DNA from: an uncultured Verrucomicrobiae bacterium
GTDB lineage: Bacteria > Verrucomicrobiota > Verrucomicrobiia > Chthoniobacterales > JAFAMB01
Assembly: GCA_963782115.1 (NCBI GenBank)
Contig: CAWAIK010000001.1
Span: forward strand, 800,001-864,000
Length of the DNA stretch: 64,000 bases
Reading direction: 5' to 3'
Under the pieces are notes generated by a model, which ran no database searches, was not told the DNA's origin, and saw nothing but the letters and a program-made list of their open reading frames with translations. A program made the position numbers and the translations under genes. Below are positions 1-9,745 of this stretch, piece after piece. The stretch's first letter is position 1; the number at the start of each line of letters is the position of its first letter.

Positions 1-4
1 GTTT

Positions 5-679
5 GTGGAGGAGAAGGTACAGCCGACTAACGTGCATGCAGAAAATTATCCGGCAGACTACTATGCTTCATTGCTGGTGGGACTGATCCACAAACTAAAC
101 AACGTGATCACTGTTCTCACGGGGCACTCCGGTTTATTGCTTCTCGAGCCGGATCTCAAAGCAGAAGTTTTACAGCCCGTTCAACAAATGTCTCGAGCGG
201 CTCAGCTTTTGTCCCAATGTCTCGACGAAGCCGCTTCCATGAGCCGAGTCACGCCGCTTTCTCCGGAGTCGGTTGCACTATCTGAAGTCTTCGAGCGGGT
301 AGAATCTCCTCGCGGCTTGTCGATTGTGAAACAGTACGACGAGCAAATGAAGGTTCAGGTCGATCTCCGGAAAGCGAAAGAAATTTTCGAGCATATCCTT
401 CGCAATGCCAGTGAAGCGAGCGCGAAAGCTGTTGTTGTCACCGCGCAGGCGCATTCCGGGTTGGTTGACCTGAAATTCAGGGACAACGGGCAGGGCATTA
501 AGACGGAAGTGATGCGACGAGCCTTTGACCCTTTTTTCACCACCCGCAGGCAACGGGATCAATTTGGTCTGGGTCTATTCAAAGCGAGGGGTGACCTGGC
601 GCGGATGAATGGCAGAATCTTTGCCGAGAGTGACGGAAAGAGTTACACAGAGATGATTGTGGAATTGCCCGCCGGGTAA
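5..679 (+). CDS. Sensor histidine kinase (HisKA + HATPase), probably 5'-partial at the window edge
   Basis: H-box IHKLNN, N-box HILRNA, G1 DNGQGI, F-box FDPFFTT, G2 GLGL; frame is open to the window edge. Confidence 0.85.
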   Translation: MEEKVQPTNVHAENYPADYYASLLVGLIHKLNNVITVLTGHSGLLLLEPDLKAEVLQPVQQMSRAAQLLSQCLDEAASMSRVTPLSPESVALSEVFERVESPRGLSIVKQYDEQMKVQVDLRKAKEIFEHILRNASEASAKAVVVTAQAHSGLVDLKFRDNGQGIKTEVMRRAFDPFFTTRRQRDQFGLGLFKARGDLARMNGRIFAESDGKSYTEMIVELPAG

Positions 680-734
680 ACCCAGCGACATGGAAACAGA
701 AAAAGGACCGGGACGCTACAACGTCTAAACGGCA

Positions 735-2486
735 TCATAGTCGGTTGCGCTTCTGATTAAGGGATTTCCTCACCTCGTTCAAGGGGAGGCAGTTCACGAC
801 ATCCTCGCGCGTCAACCAACCTTTTCGCGCGATTTGAATCCCGAACCAGAGATCGTGCAAGCCACGAACGCTGTGCGCATCCGGATTAATGGCGCATCGC
901 ACCCCGTGGGCTTTGGCAAGTTTCCAGAACCGCCAATCCAAATCCAACCGCCTCGGGTTAGCATTCAATTCGATGATGGTTTCGGTTTGGGCAGCCGCTC
1001 TGATGATCTCCCCAAGATCCAACTGGTACGGTTCCCGCGACAGCAAAAGGCGCCCGCTCGGATGGCCCAGTATCGTAACGTACCGGTTTTCGATCGCGCG
1101 GATAATGCGGTTCGTCATCTCTTGCTCCGATAACGTGAACGAAGCATGCACACTGGCAACGACATAGTCGAGTTGGGCGAGAATTTCGTCGGGAAAATCC
1201 AGCCGGCCATCCTTCAGGATGTCGCACTCCACACCGCATAAAACCTGGAAATCGTCTTCGAACCCCTTGTTCAATTCGCGGATCTGTTCGACCTGCTCCA
1301 GCAACTGTCTTTCGTCCAGGCCATGGGCCTGAAAGGAACTCTTGCTGTGGTCGGAGATTCCTAGATATTCCAGTCCAAGCTCGTGCGCGGCGTCAGCCAT
1401 TTCTTGCAGCGTATTGTGCCCGTCGCTCTGGTTCGTGTGGTTGTGAAACGTGCCGCGAAGATTTTGCAATTCGACTAACCGGGGCAATTCCCCTTCTTCG
1501 GCAGCCTCAATTTCTCCCTGATTTTCACGTAATTCCGGAGGGATGTACGCGAGGCCCAGCGCTCGATATAGGTCCGCCTCGGTTCGAATTTCCGGGATCG
1601 GTTTGGGAATCTTTTTGAAACTAGGCTCCGGGGCGAGCCGATATTCATTCAAGGTCCAGCCATTTTGCAGAGCGCGTCCGCGCAGGGCCACGTTGTGTTC
1701 CTTGCTTCCGGTGAAATAACAAAGCGCAAATGGAAACTCGAGATTCGCAACCACTCGCAAATCGGCCTGAATCCCGTGCTTCAAGAGTACGCTGGCCTTC
1801 GTCTCGCCCTGGGCGAGGACCCGCTCGATGGCCGCGTGGGAAAGAAAATGCTCGATCATCTGCAGGGGCTGCTTGGTCGCGATCAAAATGTCCAGGTCGC
1901 CGATTGTTTCTCTTCCCCTCCGAAAACTTCCCCCCTCGCTGATCTGAGAAACGTCCGGATGTCCCTTGAAATGCTCGAGCAGTTCGTCGGACCAAATCTT
2001 TGCGTCCGACAACAGGAACCGTCCGGAATGTTTGCGTCGCCGCTCGATCGCCTGAAGCAGATTCGCCGCGGTCTTGGCCCCGAAACCAGGGAGCTCGGCA
2101 ATGCGCCCATCTCTTCCGGCAATTTCCAGTTCGGCGATGGTCTTGATGCCCAGCTGTTCATAGAGAGCCTTGACCTTCTTACCACCCAGCCCGGTGATTT
2201 CAAACAGCTCAAATATTGATTCCGGAAACTCGGCCTGCAGCTTTTCGAAATACTCCAATCTGCCGGTCTGGACGTATTCGGAGATCTTCTTCGTGATCGC
2301 GTCACCGAGTCCCTCCAATTCCCCGAGCTTATCTTCCACAACCGTGATCTGAAAATTCCCGGGAAAAGTCTCAAGCGCTCGGGCGGCATTGGTATAGGCC
2401 CGGATTTTAAACGGATTTTCACCTTTTAGCTCCAGCAGTCTTGCGACGGCCTCCAGGAGGGCAATTGTTTGTTCCTTTGTTTTCAT
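735..2486 (-). CDS. polX: DNA polymerase X family with C-terminal PHP domain
   Basis: GENPFKIRAY, HhH motifs, GSFRRGRETIGDLD (intact DxD), FTGSKEHN; PHP motifs HNHT, SDHS, HPSGR, NPDAH. Confidence 0.95.
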   Translation of the reverse strand: MKTKEQTIALLEAVARLLELKGENPFKIRAYTNAARALETFPGNFQITVVEDKLGELEGLGDAITKKISEYVQTGRLEYFEKLQAEFPESIFELFEITGLGGKKVKALYEQLGIKTIAELEIAGRDGRIAELPGFGAKTAANLLQAIERRRKHSGRFLLSDAKIWSDELLEHFKGHPDVSQISEGGSFRRGRETIGDLDILIATKQPLQMIEHFLSHAAIERVLAQGETKASVLLKHGIQADLRVVANLEFPFALCYFTGSKEHNVALRGRALQNGWTLNEYRLAPEPSFKKIPKPIPEIRTEADLYRALGLAYIPPELRENQGEIEAAEEGELPRLVELQNLRGTFHNHTNQSDGHNTLQEMADAAHELGLEYLGISDHSKSSFQAHGLDERQLLEQVEQIRELNKGFEDDFQVLCGVECDILKDGRLDFPDEILAQLDYVVASVHASFTLSEQEMTNRIIRAIENRYVTILGHPSGRLLLSREPYQLDLGEIIRAAAQTETIIELNANPRRLDLDWRFWKLAKAHGVRCAINPDAHSVRGLHDLWFGIQIARKGWLTREDVVNCLPLNEVRKSLNQKRNRL

Positions 2487-2487
2487 C

Positions 2488-2994
2488 CTATTTTCTTGGG
2501 ATTCCGTCGATCATTGCGCCGGACGAAATCCGGTGTCGAGCGAACCAGCCCTGGTTGACCTCCAGTGCATAGGCTACCCGATCCGAGTTGCTCAGAATTA
2601 GACTTTCATCCAGCGGGTTCATCGATTTGATCTCTAAAATTTTCCCGGTCGAATCGATAAATGCGATCGAGAGCGGGATCTTCGTATTTCTCATCCAAAA
2701 TGAGGCTTCTTTTGGCTGCTCAAATATGAAAAGCATTCCTCGGTCCTCGGGCAACGAATCGCGGAACATCAGACCGTTTTCCGATGCCTGAGGGGTGTCA
2801 GCAATCTCAGCCGTGAGAGGTACATTCGAGATCTTCAGCGCAGCGCTTCTCAGGCCAAAGGCGGTGGTTTCCGCGACTTTTTGCTGACACCCATCGAAGA
2901 GAAGAATCCAGCAAAGCGCGAGCAGGAAAGCCATCGGACGTAGTTGGACCGCAGAGCGAGCACGCGCTCGTCGTCTAAGGCCGTTCATTGACAT
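2488..2994 (-). CDS. DUF192 family protein (true start may lie further downstream)
   Basis: EIADTP..GLMFR..GMLFIF..FWMRNTKIPLSIAFID..ALEVNQG signature; hydrophobic N-terminal segment. Confidence 0.9.
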   Translation of the reverse strand: MSMNGLRRRARARSAVQLRPMAFLLALCWILLFDGCQQKVAETTAFGLRSAALKISNVPLTAEIADTPQASENGLMFRDSLPEDRGMLFIFEQPKEASFWMRNTKIPLSIAFIDSTGKILEIKSMNPLDESLILSNSDRVAYALEVNQGWFARHRISSGAMIDGIPRK

Positions 2995-4123
2995 TGATCA
3001 GTTCCTGCTTGATTTGCAGAGCTTCGGCCAGCGCCTGCTCAATCGTTTCCCGGAGCACGCAAAAGTGTCCCATTTTACGTCCAGGACGGCCTTCCAGTTT
3101 CCCGTACAAGTGAAGTTTTGCGTAAGGGTTGTTCAGAACCGGCCGCCAATCGGGCTGCAAGCCGCCTTTCCAAAGGTCGCCGAGCAGGTTCACCATAACA
3201 ACCGGTCTGAGAAGGTCCGGAGATCCAAAGGGCAAACCGCACACGGCGCGTAATTGCTGTTCAAACTGGCTCGTCAAACACGCGTCAAATGTGTAGTGCC
3301 CGGAGTTGTGGGGTCGGGGAGCAAGCTCATTCACTATTAATTCGTTATCGCGGGTCAGAAAAAATTCCACTGCAATAAGGCCAACCACGTCAAGTTCACC
3401 GGCGATATTCTTCGCCATGGACTGAGCAAGGCGTTGGACTGCAGGATCTATTTGCGCCGGAACGATGCAATAATCCAGAATATGATGGCTGTGAATATTC
3501 TCTGAGGCCGGGAACGAGCAGACATTGTCTTTGGCATCCCGCGCACAGATAACGGAGAGTTCACGGTCGAAAGGAATCCATTTTTCGAGAATAGAGCGGC
3601 CGCCGGCGGCCTGCGAGTAATCGAATTGCTCGCCTGGATTGATCTTGTGCTGCCCCTTGCCGTCATACCCAAAGTCTGCACCCTTCAGAACAGCGGGCGC
3701 ACCGATCGAGTCGAGCGCGGTGTCGAATTCTGACTGATCCGAAATGACCGCAAACGGTACATGCGGATAATGATGCTGGCGTAGGAAATTCTTTTCGCGT
3801 TCGCGGTTCTGGCAGATATGAAGGACCTCGGACCGGGGATGCACCGGCTTCGATCGTGAAATCCTGTCTACGGCTTCTGCAGGAATATTTTCGAACTCGA
3901 AAGTAATCACGTCAACCGATCGCACGAAGGTTTCAAGCAAGTCCCAGTCTGTATAGGAGCCGTTAAATTCGCGGTCCGAAATCTGGCCGGCAGGGCTGTC
4001 GGGTGAAGGCTCGAAGGTATGGACCCTGTACCCCATCCGGCGTGCCGCGATCGCGAACATCCGGCCCAATTGCCCACCACCCAGCAGGCCGATCGTTGAG
4101 CCCGGCGGGATGACTATTTCCAT
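2975..4123 (-). CDS. purK: N5-carboxyaminoimidazole ribonucleotide synthase
   Basis: GGGQLGRM, TFEFEN, GYDGKGQ, NELAPRPHNSGH, HLYGK..RPGRKMGH; start taken at ATG 4123 (MEIVIPPG). Confidence 0.95.
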   Translation of the reverse strand: MEIVIPPGSTIGLLGGGQLGRMFAIAARRMGYRVHTFEPSPDSPAGQISDREFNGSYTDWDLLETFVRSVDVITFEFENIPAEAVDRISRSKPVHPRSEVLHICQNREREKNFLRQHHYPHVPFAVISDQSEFDTALDSIGAPAVLKGADFGYDGKGQHKINPGEQFDYSQAAGGRSILEKWIPFDRELSVICARDAKDNVCSFPASENIHSHHILDYCIVPAQIDPAVQRLAQSMAKNIAGELDVVGLIAVEFFLTRDNELIVNELAPRPHNSGHYTFDACLTSQFEQQLRAVCGLPFGSPDLLRPVVMVNLLGDLWKGGLQPDWRPVLNNPYAKLHLYGKLEGRPGRKMGHFCVLRETIEQALAEALQIKQELINVNERP

Positions 4124-4245
4124 AGAATCCACTCTGAAGAGAAGCAGGCCGGTTGCACAACGAAAATTCATCATGCGAAGAGAGACTGCTGATCCTCCCG
4201 AAGCGCGTTGAACATTCAATCTATTCGTGCTTATTGATCGGAACG

Positions 4246-4749
4246 ATGTTGTCAGAGTGGGAAATCAAGGCCCGAAGCCGCCACTGCGCTCAAACGCAGG
4301 AAGCTTTCGAGGACGGCGCGACGATCTATACCCTTTTATTTCAGGATCGGACCGGATTCAGGCGTGAGGATATTTCCGAAAAGGCATGGCAGCAAATCAA
4401 GGAGAGTGTTGCGCCGTTCTCGTTCTGGAAATCCAAATTTCAGGCGCCACCGCCGGCAGCTCCAGAGCCGATGCCGAAGGAATCTGTAGAAGACCTCTTG
4501 CGCAGATTGGTCAGCGAGGATCTGCCGGAGCATTTGAACGCGCGCTATGTCCTGGCGATTCTGCTTGAGCGAAAGAGAACCTTGAAGCAGGTGGATTTTC
4601 GTGAAACCGCAGAGGGGAAGATTCTCATTTATGAACATGCGAAAACCGGTGAGGCCTTCATTATTCCGGACCCGCAGTTGAGGCTGGATCAGCTCGATTC
4701 TGTACAGCAGCAAATCTATTCCCTGCTCGCACAACAGGAAAATGCGTAG
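4246..4749 (+). CDS. Conserved hypothetical protein
   Basis: ORF divergent from purK; WEIKARSRHC..FSFWKSKF..YVLAILLERKRTLKQ..IIPDPQL resembles a PVC-phylum hypothetical family. Confidence 0.7.
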   Translation: MLSEWEIKARSRHCAQTQEAFEDGATIYTLLFQDRTGFRREDISEKAWQQIKESVAPFSFWKSKFQAPPPAAPEPMPKESVEDLLRRLVSEDLPEHLNARYVLAILLERKRTLKQVDFRETAEGKILIYEHAKTGEAFIIPDPQLRLDQLDSVQQQIYSLLAQQENA

Positions 4750-4918
4750 GAAGTTGTCAGCCGTCAGTCGTCAGTATCAGTAGGGCTTGCCGGTTTCAAC
4801 GGGGCGAAACACTTTGGCGTGAGACTTAAATTTTCCATGACGTATCTAAATCTGAAACACCAAGCTCGAGATGTTACTGTCCCAACTGACACTGAGACTG
4901 GCACTGCCAACTTCTTCC
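4749..4918. repeat. Intergenic palindromic heptamer element: (GTCAGTN)n left arm, unique spacer, (ACTGAC-like)n right arm
   Basis: GGAAGTTGTCAGCCGTCAGTCGTCAGTATCAGT at the left end; AACTGACACTGAGACTGGCACTGCCAACTTCTTCC at the right end. Confidence 0.75.
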
Positions 4919-4919
4919 A

Positions 4920-5918
4920 ATGCTTCCCTGGTTCGACAATATGCGTCCTCTTTACCTCGCGCCGATGGCGGGTGTAACGGACTCTGTGTTTCGCAGGCTC
5001 TGCAAGGAGCAGGGCGCGGACGTCTTGGTGACCGAGTTCGTCTCCGCGGATGGTATTTTGCATCGGAACCAGCGGACGGGGGAGATGCTCAATTTTCGAG
5101 AGGAAGAGCGGCCGGTGGGCGTTCAATTGTTCGGCGCGGACCCGGAACGTATGGCGGAGGCGGCGAAATCTGTCAGGGACTGGGTGCAGCCGGATTTTAT
5201 CGACCTGAATTTCGGTTGTCCCGTCAATAAAGTGGTCTGCAAGCATGGTGGATCCGCTTTGCTAAGGGATTGCCCGCTCCTTGAACGAGTTGCGTCGGCC
5301 GTTGTGAAGGCAGTCGACCCTTTACCGGTCACGGGAAAGATCCGCCTCGGATGGAGTTCGGAGACGATCAATGCTACGATCACCGCCACTATTCTCGAAC
5401 AGGTCGGGATAGCGGCACTTGCGGTCCATGGTCGCACCAGGGACCAGGGGTACTCCGGAGTCGCCGACTGGGAGGCGATTGCCCGGGTGGCCGAAACGGT
5501 TTCAATACCGGTCATTGGCAACGGCGATGTCGGGGACGTCGACGATATAGTGCTTCGGCTTCAATCGACCAAAGTACGAGGCCTGATGATTGGTCGTGCT
5601 GCGATGACATCTCCGTGGCTTTTTCGACGGGCGAAACACTTTTTGCAGACCGGCGAATCTTTGGCGGAGCCCTCGATCGCGGAACGCTGGATCCATATTA
5701 TTCGCCATTGCGGTATTGCAGCCGCCGAAGCCAATTCCGAGAAACACGCCATGGCTGCGATGCGTGGGCGGTTGATGGCCTATTCGAAGGGCATGCCTGG
5801 CGGCCGGACCCTGCGAGCGGAGCTTCAGCAAGTCTCCTCGGTGGCTCAAGTGGAAGCCATCTCAGAGCGGCATCTGGCGGGGTTGGAGGAAGTGGCGGAA
5901 GAAGTTGCCAGTGTCTGA
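4920..5918 (+). CDS. dusB: tRNA-dihydrouridine synthase B
   Basis: LAPMAGVTD, QLFG, IDLNFGCP, HGRT, IGNGDV, MIGRAA. Confidence 0.95.
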   Translation: MLPWFDNMRPLYLAPMAGVTDSVFRRLCKEQGADVLVTEFVSADGILHRNQRTGEMLNFREEERPVGVQLFGADPERMAEAAKSVRDWVQPDFIDLNFGCPVNKVVCKHGGSALLRDCPLLERVASAVVKAVDPLPVTGKIRLGWSSETINATITATILEQVGIAALAVHGRTRDQGYSGVADWEAIARVAETVSIPVIGNGDVGDVDDIVLRLQSTKVRGLMIGRAAMTSPWLFRRAKHFLQTGESLAEPSIAERWIHIIRHCGIAAAEANSEKHAMAAMRGRLMAYSKGMPGGRTLRAELQQVSSVAQVEAISERHLAGLEEVAEEVASV

Positions 5919-5919
5919 A

Positions 5920-6317
5920 GGAAGTTGCCAGTGTCGGTTGTCAGTGTCAGTTTCGGAGAGAATGCCAGTTCATAGCGGCGCGCATTTCGATGAGAGAGGT
6001 GTCGAAAATGGAGATTGAACGCTTTGGCACCTAAGGATTTCTCAACGCCGCAGAGAAATCTGGAAGATGTTGTCAGTGTCGGTTGTCAGTGTCAGTTCCG
6101 GAGAGAATGCCAGTTCATAGCGGCGCGCATTTCGATGAGAGAGGTGTCGAAAACGGAGATTGAACGCTTTGGCACCTAAGGATTTCTCAACGCCGCAGAG
6201 AAATCTGGAGAGCAAGGCTCGAACCACTACCTACCCCCTCTGAGAACTGACAACTGACACTGAGAACTTCTTTCCGCCTACATCCTTAAGAACTGACAAC
6301 TGACACTGACAACCTCT
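5920..6317. repeat. Palindromic heptamer element containing a 145-bp-period tandem duplication
   Basis: 5929-6064 is repeated almost exactly at 6074-6209; GTTGTCAGTGTCAGTT left arms; AACTGACAACTGACACTGA right arms at about 6245-6270 and 6291-6313. Confidence 0.9.
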
Positions 6318-6434
6318 TTCTTTCCCCTGGACCAGTCAGCAGCCAGAATCTGGTGGTCAGGGTGATTGCCGCAATGAAGAGCCCCGTAGCCCCGGCGTTT
6401 GCTTTTAATGGACGCAGATCCATATTCGCGCGTA

Positions 6435-6800
6435 ATGGCAGCGACTGAAATAAAATACAAAATCGGCAATGAGCGTTTGGTGAAGGTAACCGGAAGCGCC
6501 GCTGCGAAACTCTCGCAGTTGCTGAAGCGGCAGGGCCGACCGCAGGGTGCACTCCGAGTCGCAGTCATCGGCGGCGGTTGTTCCGGTTTGCAGTATAAGA
6601 TGGATCTTGTCGATGGCCCGGCGAACCGCGACATTCTGGTAGAGTCCAACAGCGTTCGCGTCGTTGTTGATCCCAAAAGCGCGCTGTTTGTGAGCGGCTC
6701 ATTACTCGACTACAGCGACGACCTTCAGAAAGGAGGATTCAAGGTGACGAATCCAAACGCCGTGGCGCATTGCTCTTGCGGCGAAAGTTTCTCTGCATGA
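6435..6800 (+). CDS. iscA: Fe-S cluster assembly accessory protein (IscA/HesB)
   Basis: GGGCSGLQY and NPNA..CSCGESF motifs. Confidence 0.93.
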   Translation: MAATEIKYKIGNERLVKVTGSAAAKLSQLLKRQGRPQGALRVAVIGGGCSGLQYKMDLVDGPANRDILVESNSVRVVVDPKSALFVSGSLLDYSDDLQKGGFKVTNPNAVAHCSCGESFSA

Positions 6801-7360
6801 TCGATTTCTTCGTCCTCCTCGATATCGAGCGGCGACCTGCAATTACCGAAGAATCCCTGAAGAACGCCTACTTTCGCAAGACTGAGTCGCTCCGTTTGGA
6901 TCAGTCCGAATCGGACGCATTGTCTTCTCTTAATATGGCCTTCCAGATCATCGCGAATCCCGCGGCGCGAATTCAGCACTTGTTAAAGCTGGAGTTCGGG
7001 GATGCGCGCGGGGGGCGAATCGGGTCTGACCTCGGCGAGCTGTTTGGCAGTGTTGCCGAAGCGCTCCAAGAGGTCGATCAGGAGTTCGGATCACTTTCAG
7101 TGGAGAGTTCCGCGCTGCTTCGGGCCTTGGCGTTCCAGAGCATGGACGGAGTGCGCGGAAAACTAAGCCAGATAGGAAATGAACTCTCGGAGCGTGAGCG
7201 CAGCCTGCTCTCCGAACTTGATCGGCTTGACAGGATCTGGCTGGAGAGCCCGGCGCAGTGCCGCGAATCCCTTGCACAGATTGCGCTTAGCCTGACGTTC
7301 ATCCAAAAATGGTCGAGCGAGGTGCGGGAAAGAAAAATTCGCTTGGAAGAACTTGCTTAG
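6797..7360 (+). CDS. hscB: HscB-like co-chaperone with a degenerate J-domain
   Basis: ATGA overlap with iscA; DFF.LL...L..AY...LN.AFQ.I.NP..R..HLL.L pattern; lies between iscA and Hsp70; lacks HPD. Confidence 0.7.
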   Translation: MIDFFVLLDIERRPAITEESLKNAYFRKTESLRLDQSESDALSSLNMAFQIIANPAARIQHLLKLEFGDARGGRIGSDLGELFGSVAEALQEVDQEFGSLSVESSALLRALAFQSMDGVRGKLSQIGNELSERERSLLSELDRLDRIWLESPAQCRESLAQIALSLTFIQKWSSEVRERKIRLEELA

Positions 7361-7399
7361 CATCCGATTCGTATGATTCAGGCAAATTAGTAACACGCT

Positions 7400-9211
7400 A
7401 TGAGTGATATCGTCGGGATTGATCTCGGAACAACGAACTCGTTGATAGGTGTGATGGATTCTGGTTTTCCTATCCTGATCGCTGATCGAGATGGATCCAG
7501 GCTGACGCCTTCCGTGGTTTATCTCCCCGAAACCGGTGATCCAGTTGTCGGTGCTCCGGCGGACCGGATGCGCGCATTGTTCCCGGAGCGCACGATCTAT
7601 TCCGTCAAACGCCTGATAGGACGCAGACCCGGGGAATCGGAGAAGGAAGATTACCCGTTTGCAGTCAGATCTCAAAGTGGCCGGACGCTGTTGGAGATCG
7701 GTCAGCGATTGCTAAAGCCGGAGGAGATATCCAGTCTTGTACTCAAGAAACTCAAAGCCGATGCCGAATTGAGTCTCGGAGATCCGGTCGATCGGGCAGT
7801 GATTACGGTTCCGGCCTATTTCAACGATCTGCAGCGCCAGGCCACTAAGCGGGCCGGGGAGTTGGCAGGGTTCGCGGTCGAAAGGATGATCAATGAACCG
7901 ACCGCCGCAGCGCTAGCCTACGGTCTGGACAGACTGGACGATCGGTCCCGAATCGCCGTTTACGACCTCGGTGGCGGAACTTTTGACATCTCCATCCTCG
8001 AACTCAACGAAGGCGTTTTTCGCGTCTTGTCCACCAACGGCAATACCCGGCTCGGCGGCGACGACATCGACCGCGAGCTTGTCGGTCTGTTGAAAGAACG
8101 TATCACCGGGCGGCATCCCGAGCTTCGACAAGAACTCGATAATAAGCTGTTCATTGGCAGGATTCGGGAAGTCGCACACGCCGCGAAGCTGCGTTTATCA
8201 ACGGAAGACATGGTGCAGGTTGAAATTCCCTTCCTTTCCGGAAATCGCAGCTTCTCTTATAACCTGACCCGACAAGAGCTGGAAGCGATTGCCCGACCGA
8301 TAATCCGGAGAACGCGTTCGCATTGTCTGCGCTCGCTCGATGATGCAAAGCTGGATCCAGCGAAGCTCGATGAAGTGATTCTTGTCGGCGGCGTCACCCG
8401 CATGCCGATCGTTCGACAGTTTGTCGCGGAGATCTTCCAACGACTCCCTAACACCACTCAAAATCCGGATGAAGCAGTGGCCGTAGGCGCAACGATCCAA
8501 GCCGGTATTCTCTCCGGTCAGGTTCAAAACGTCCTCCTGCTTGACGTGACTCCTTTATCCCTGGGGATTGAGACCTTCGGCGGCTTGATGAACGTGCTGA
8601 TTCCAAGGAATTCGACAATCCCGTGCAAGGCTGGGGAAATGTTTACAAATGCGGTCACAAACCAGACCGCCATGCAAATCGTGGTTTTGCAGGGCGAACG
8701 CGAGCTGGCAAAGGATAACTGGGAGCTTGGCCGTTTTGATCTCCAATTTGAGCCGGTTTCAAAAGGCCTCGCCAGGGTTGGAGTTCAATTTGAGATCGAT
8801 GCCGACGGCATTCTGCACGTACTCGCACGTGATACTCGGACAGGACGGGAAAGAGTAATCGAACTGAGCAGTGCCGTGGACGTATCCGATGAGGCGGTGG
8901 AAAAAATGATCGCAGAATCTTTGGATCATGCCTTTGAAGACATGGCCGAACGTCTCTGGACCGAAGCGGTTCTGAGAAGCAACGAACTGTTGCCTGCGGT
9001 CCGCAGCGCGTTGACGCTGGTCGGTGATCAGATCGAACCAGACGATCAGAAAAGGATCAATGGGTTGGTCCATGAAGTTGAAGCGGCGGTCAAAAGCCAC
9101 GATCCGCACCGCTTGAAAAAAGCAAATGCTGAACTCGACGAAGGAACCCAGCATCTTGCGACACTACTGATCGATCGCGCCATGGCGGAAGCTGCCAGGC
9201 GCAAGAAATGA
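7400..9211 (+). CDS. hscA: Hsp70 chaperone (HscA/DnaK-like)
   Basis: GIDLGTTNS, ITVPAYFND, INEPTAAALAYG, DLGGGTFD, LLDVTPLSLG; iscA-hscB context. Confidence 0.85.
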   Translation: MSDIVGIDLGTTNSLIGVMDSGFPILIADRDGSRLTPSVVYLPETGDPVVGAPADRMRALFPERTIYSVKRLIGRRPGESEKEDYPFAVRSQSGRTLLEIGQRLLKPEEISSLVLKKLKADAELSLGDPVDRAVITVPAYFNDLQRQATKRAGELAGFAVERMINEPTAAALAYGLDRLDDRSRIAVYDLGGGTFDISILELNEGVFRVLSTNGNTRLGGDDIDRELVGLLKERITGRHPELRQELDNKLFIGRIREVAHAAKLRLSTEDMVQVEIPFLSGNRSFSYNLTRQELEAIARPIIRRTRSHCLRSLDDAKLDPAKLDEVILVGGVTRMPIVRQFVAEIFQRLPNTTQNPDEAVAVGATIQAGILSGQVQNVLLLDVTPLSLGIETFGGLMNVLIPRNSTIPCKAGEMFTNAVTNQTAMQIVVLQGERELAKDNWELGRFDLQFEPVSKGLARVGVQFEIDADGILHVLARDTRTGRERVIELSSAVDVSDEAVEKMIAESLDHAFEDMAERLWTEAVLRSNELLPAVRSALTLVGDQIEPDDQKRINGLVHEVEAAVKSHDPHRLKKANAELDEGTQHLATLLIDRAMAEAARRKK

Positions 9212-9268
9212 GGCCGCAAAGAGAGGCTTCGTCGTTGCCAGGTCGGATGCTGAAGACGACCACAGACG

Positions 9269-9727
9269 TTAACGACGCTTCTCGAACTCGGCGCCGGGTT
9301 CAGTTCGAGTATCGAAAAAAATTCGGGACGGAACCAGGTCGCTGATCGTCCACCGCGATTTGCCGTTAAACGCTCTAATCTGCGTGTAGCCGGTATCTTT
9401 TGGGTAGGCTTTGATGATCGTGTCTCGCCAAAAACGGCCATCGTTGGAAGCTTCAATATCGATAAAGAGAGGTGCGTCGCCCACATATTGGCCATTGACC
9501 TCGATTTTAGCCCCTGCGGGCTGTGAGACGATTTGCACCTTTAGTCTTGGCCTCACGGTATGCGTGTGCGATGCGCACCCGGAACAGGCCAGAAAAACGG
9601 AGGCCATCAGGAATGGAAGAATGGTGCTAAAGACTGGGTGGGCCCGATGCATGAGAGTTGCCTTATCAGAAATGAGAGTGGTTCGTCTCGCATTTTGTAT
9701 CTGAGAAAGCCTAAAGGTTGATTTCAA
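9269..9727 (-). CDS. PEGA-domain putative lipoprotein (start uncertain)
   Basis: IVSQPAGAKIEVNGQYVGDAP PEGA motif; hydrophobic stretch with SGC lipobox-like site. Confidence 0.7.
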   Translation of the reverse strand: MKSTFRLSQIQNARRTTLISDKATLMHRAHPVFSTILPFLMASVFLACSGCASHTHTVRPRLKVQIVSQPAGAKIEVNGQYVGDAPLFIDIEASNDGRFWRDTIIKAYPKDTGYTQIRAFNGKSRWTISDLVPSRIFFDTRTEPGAEFEKRR

Positions 9728-9745
9728 TTCGACATCGCAACCTGG

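Noticed and set aside
5929..6209. Duplication as a CRISPR array or DGR template/variable repeat pair
   Set aside because: Only two adjacent non-coding copies, differences are not adenine-specific, and there is no RT gene.
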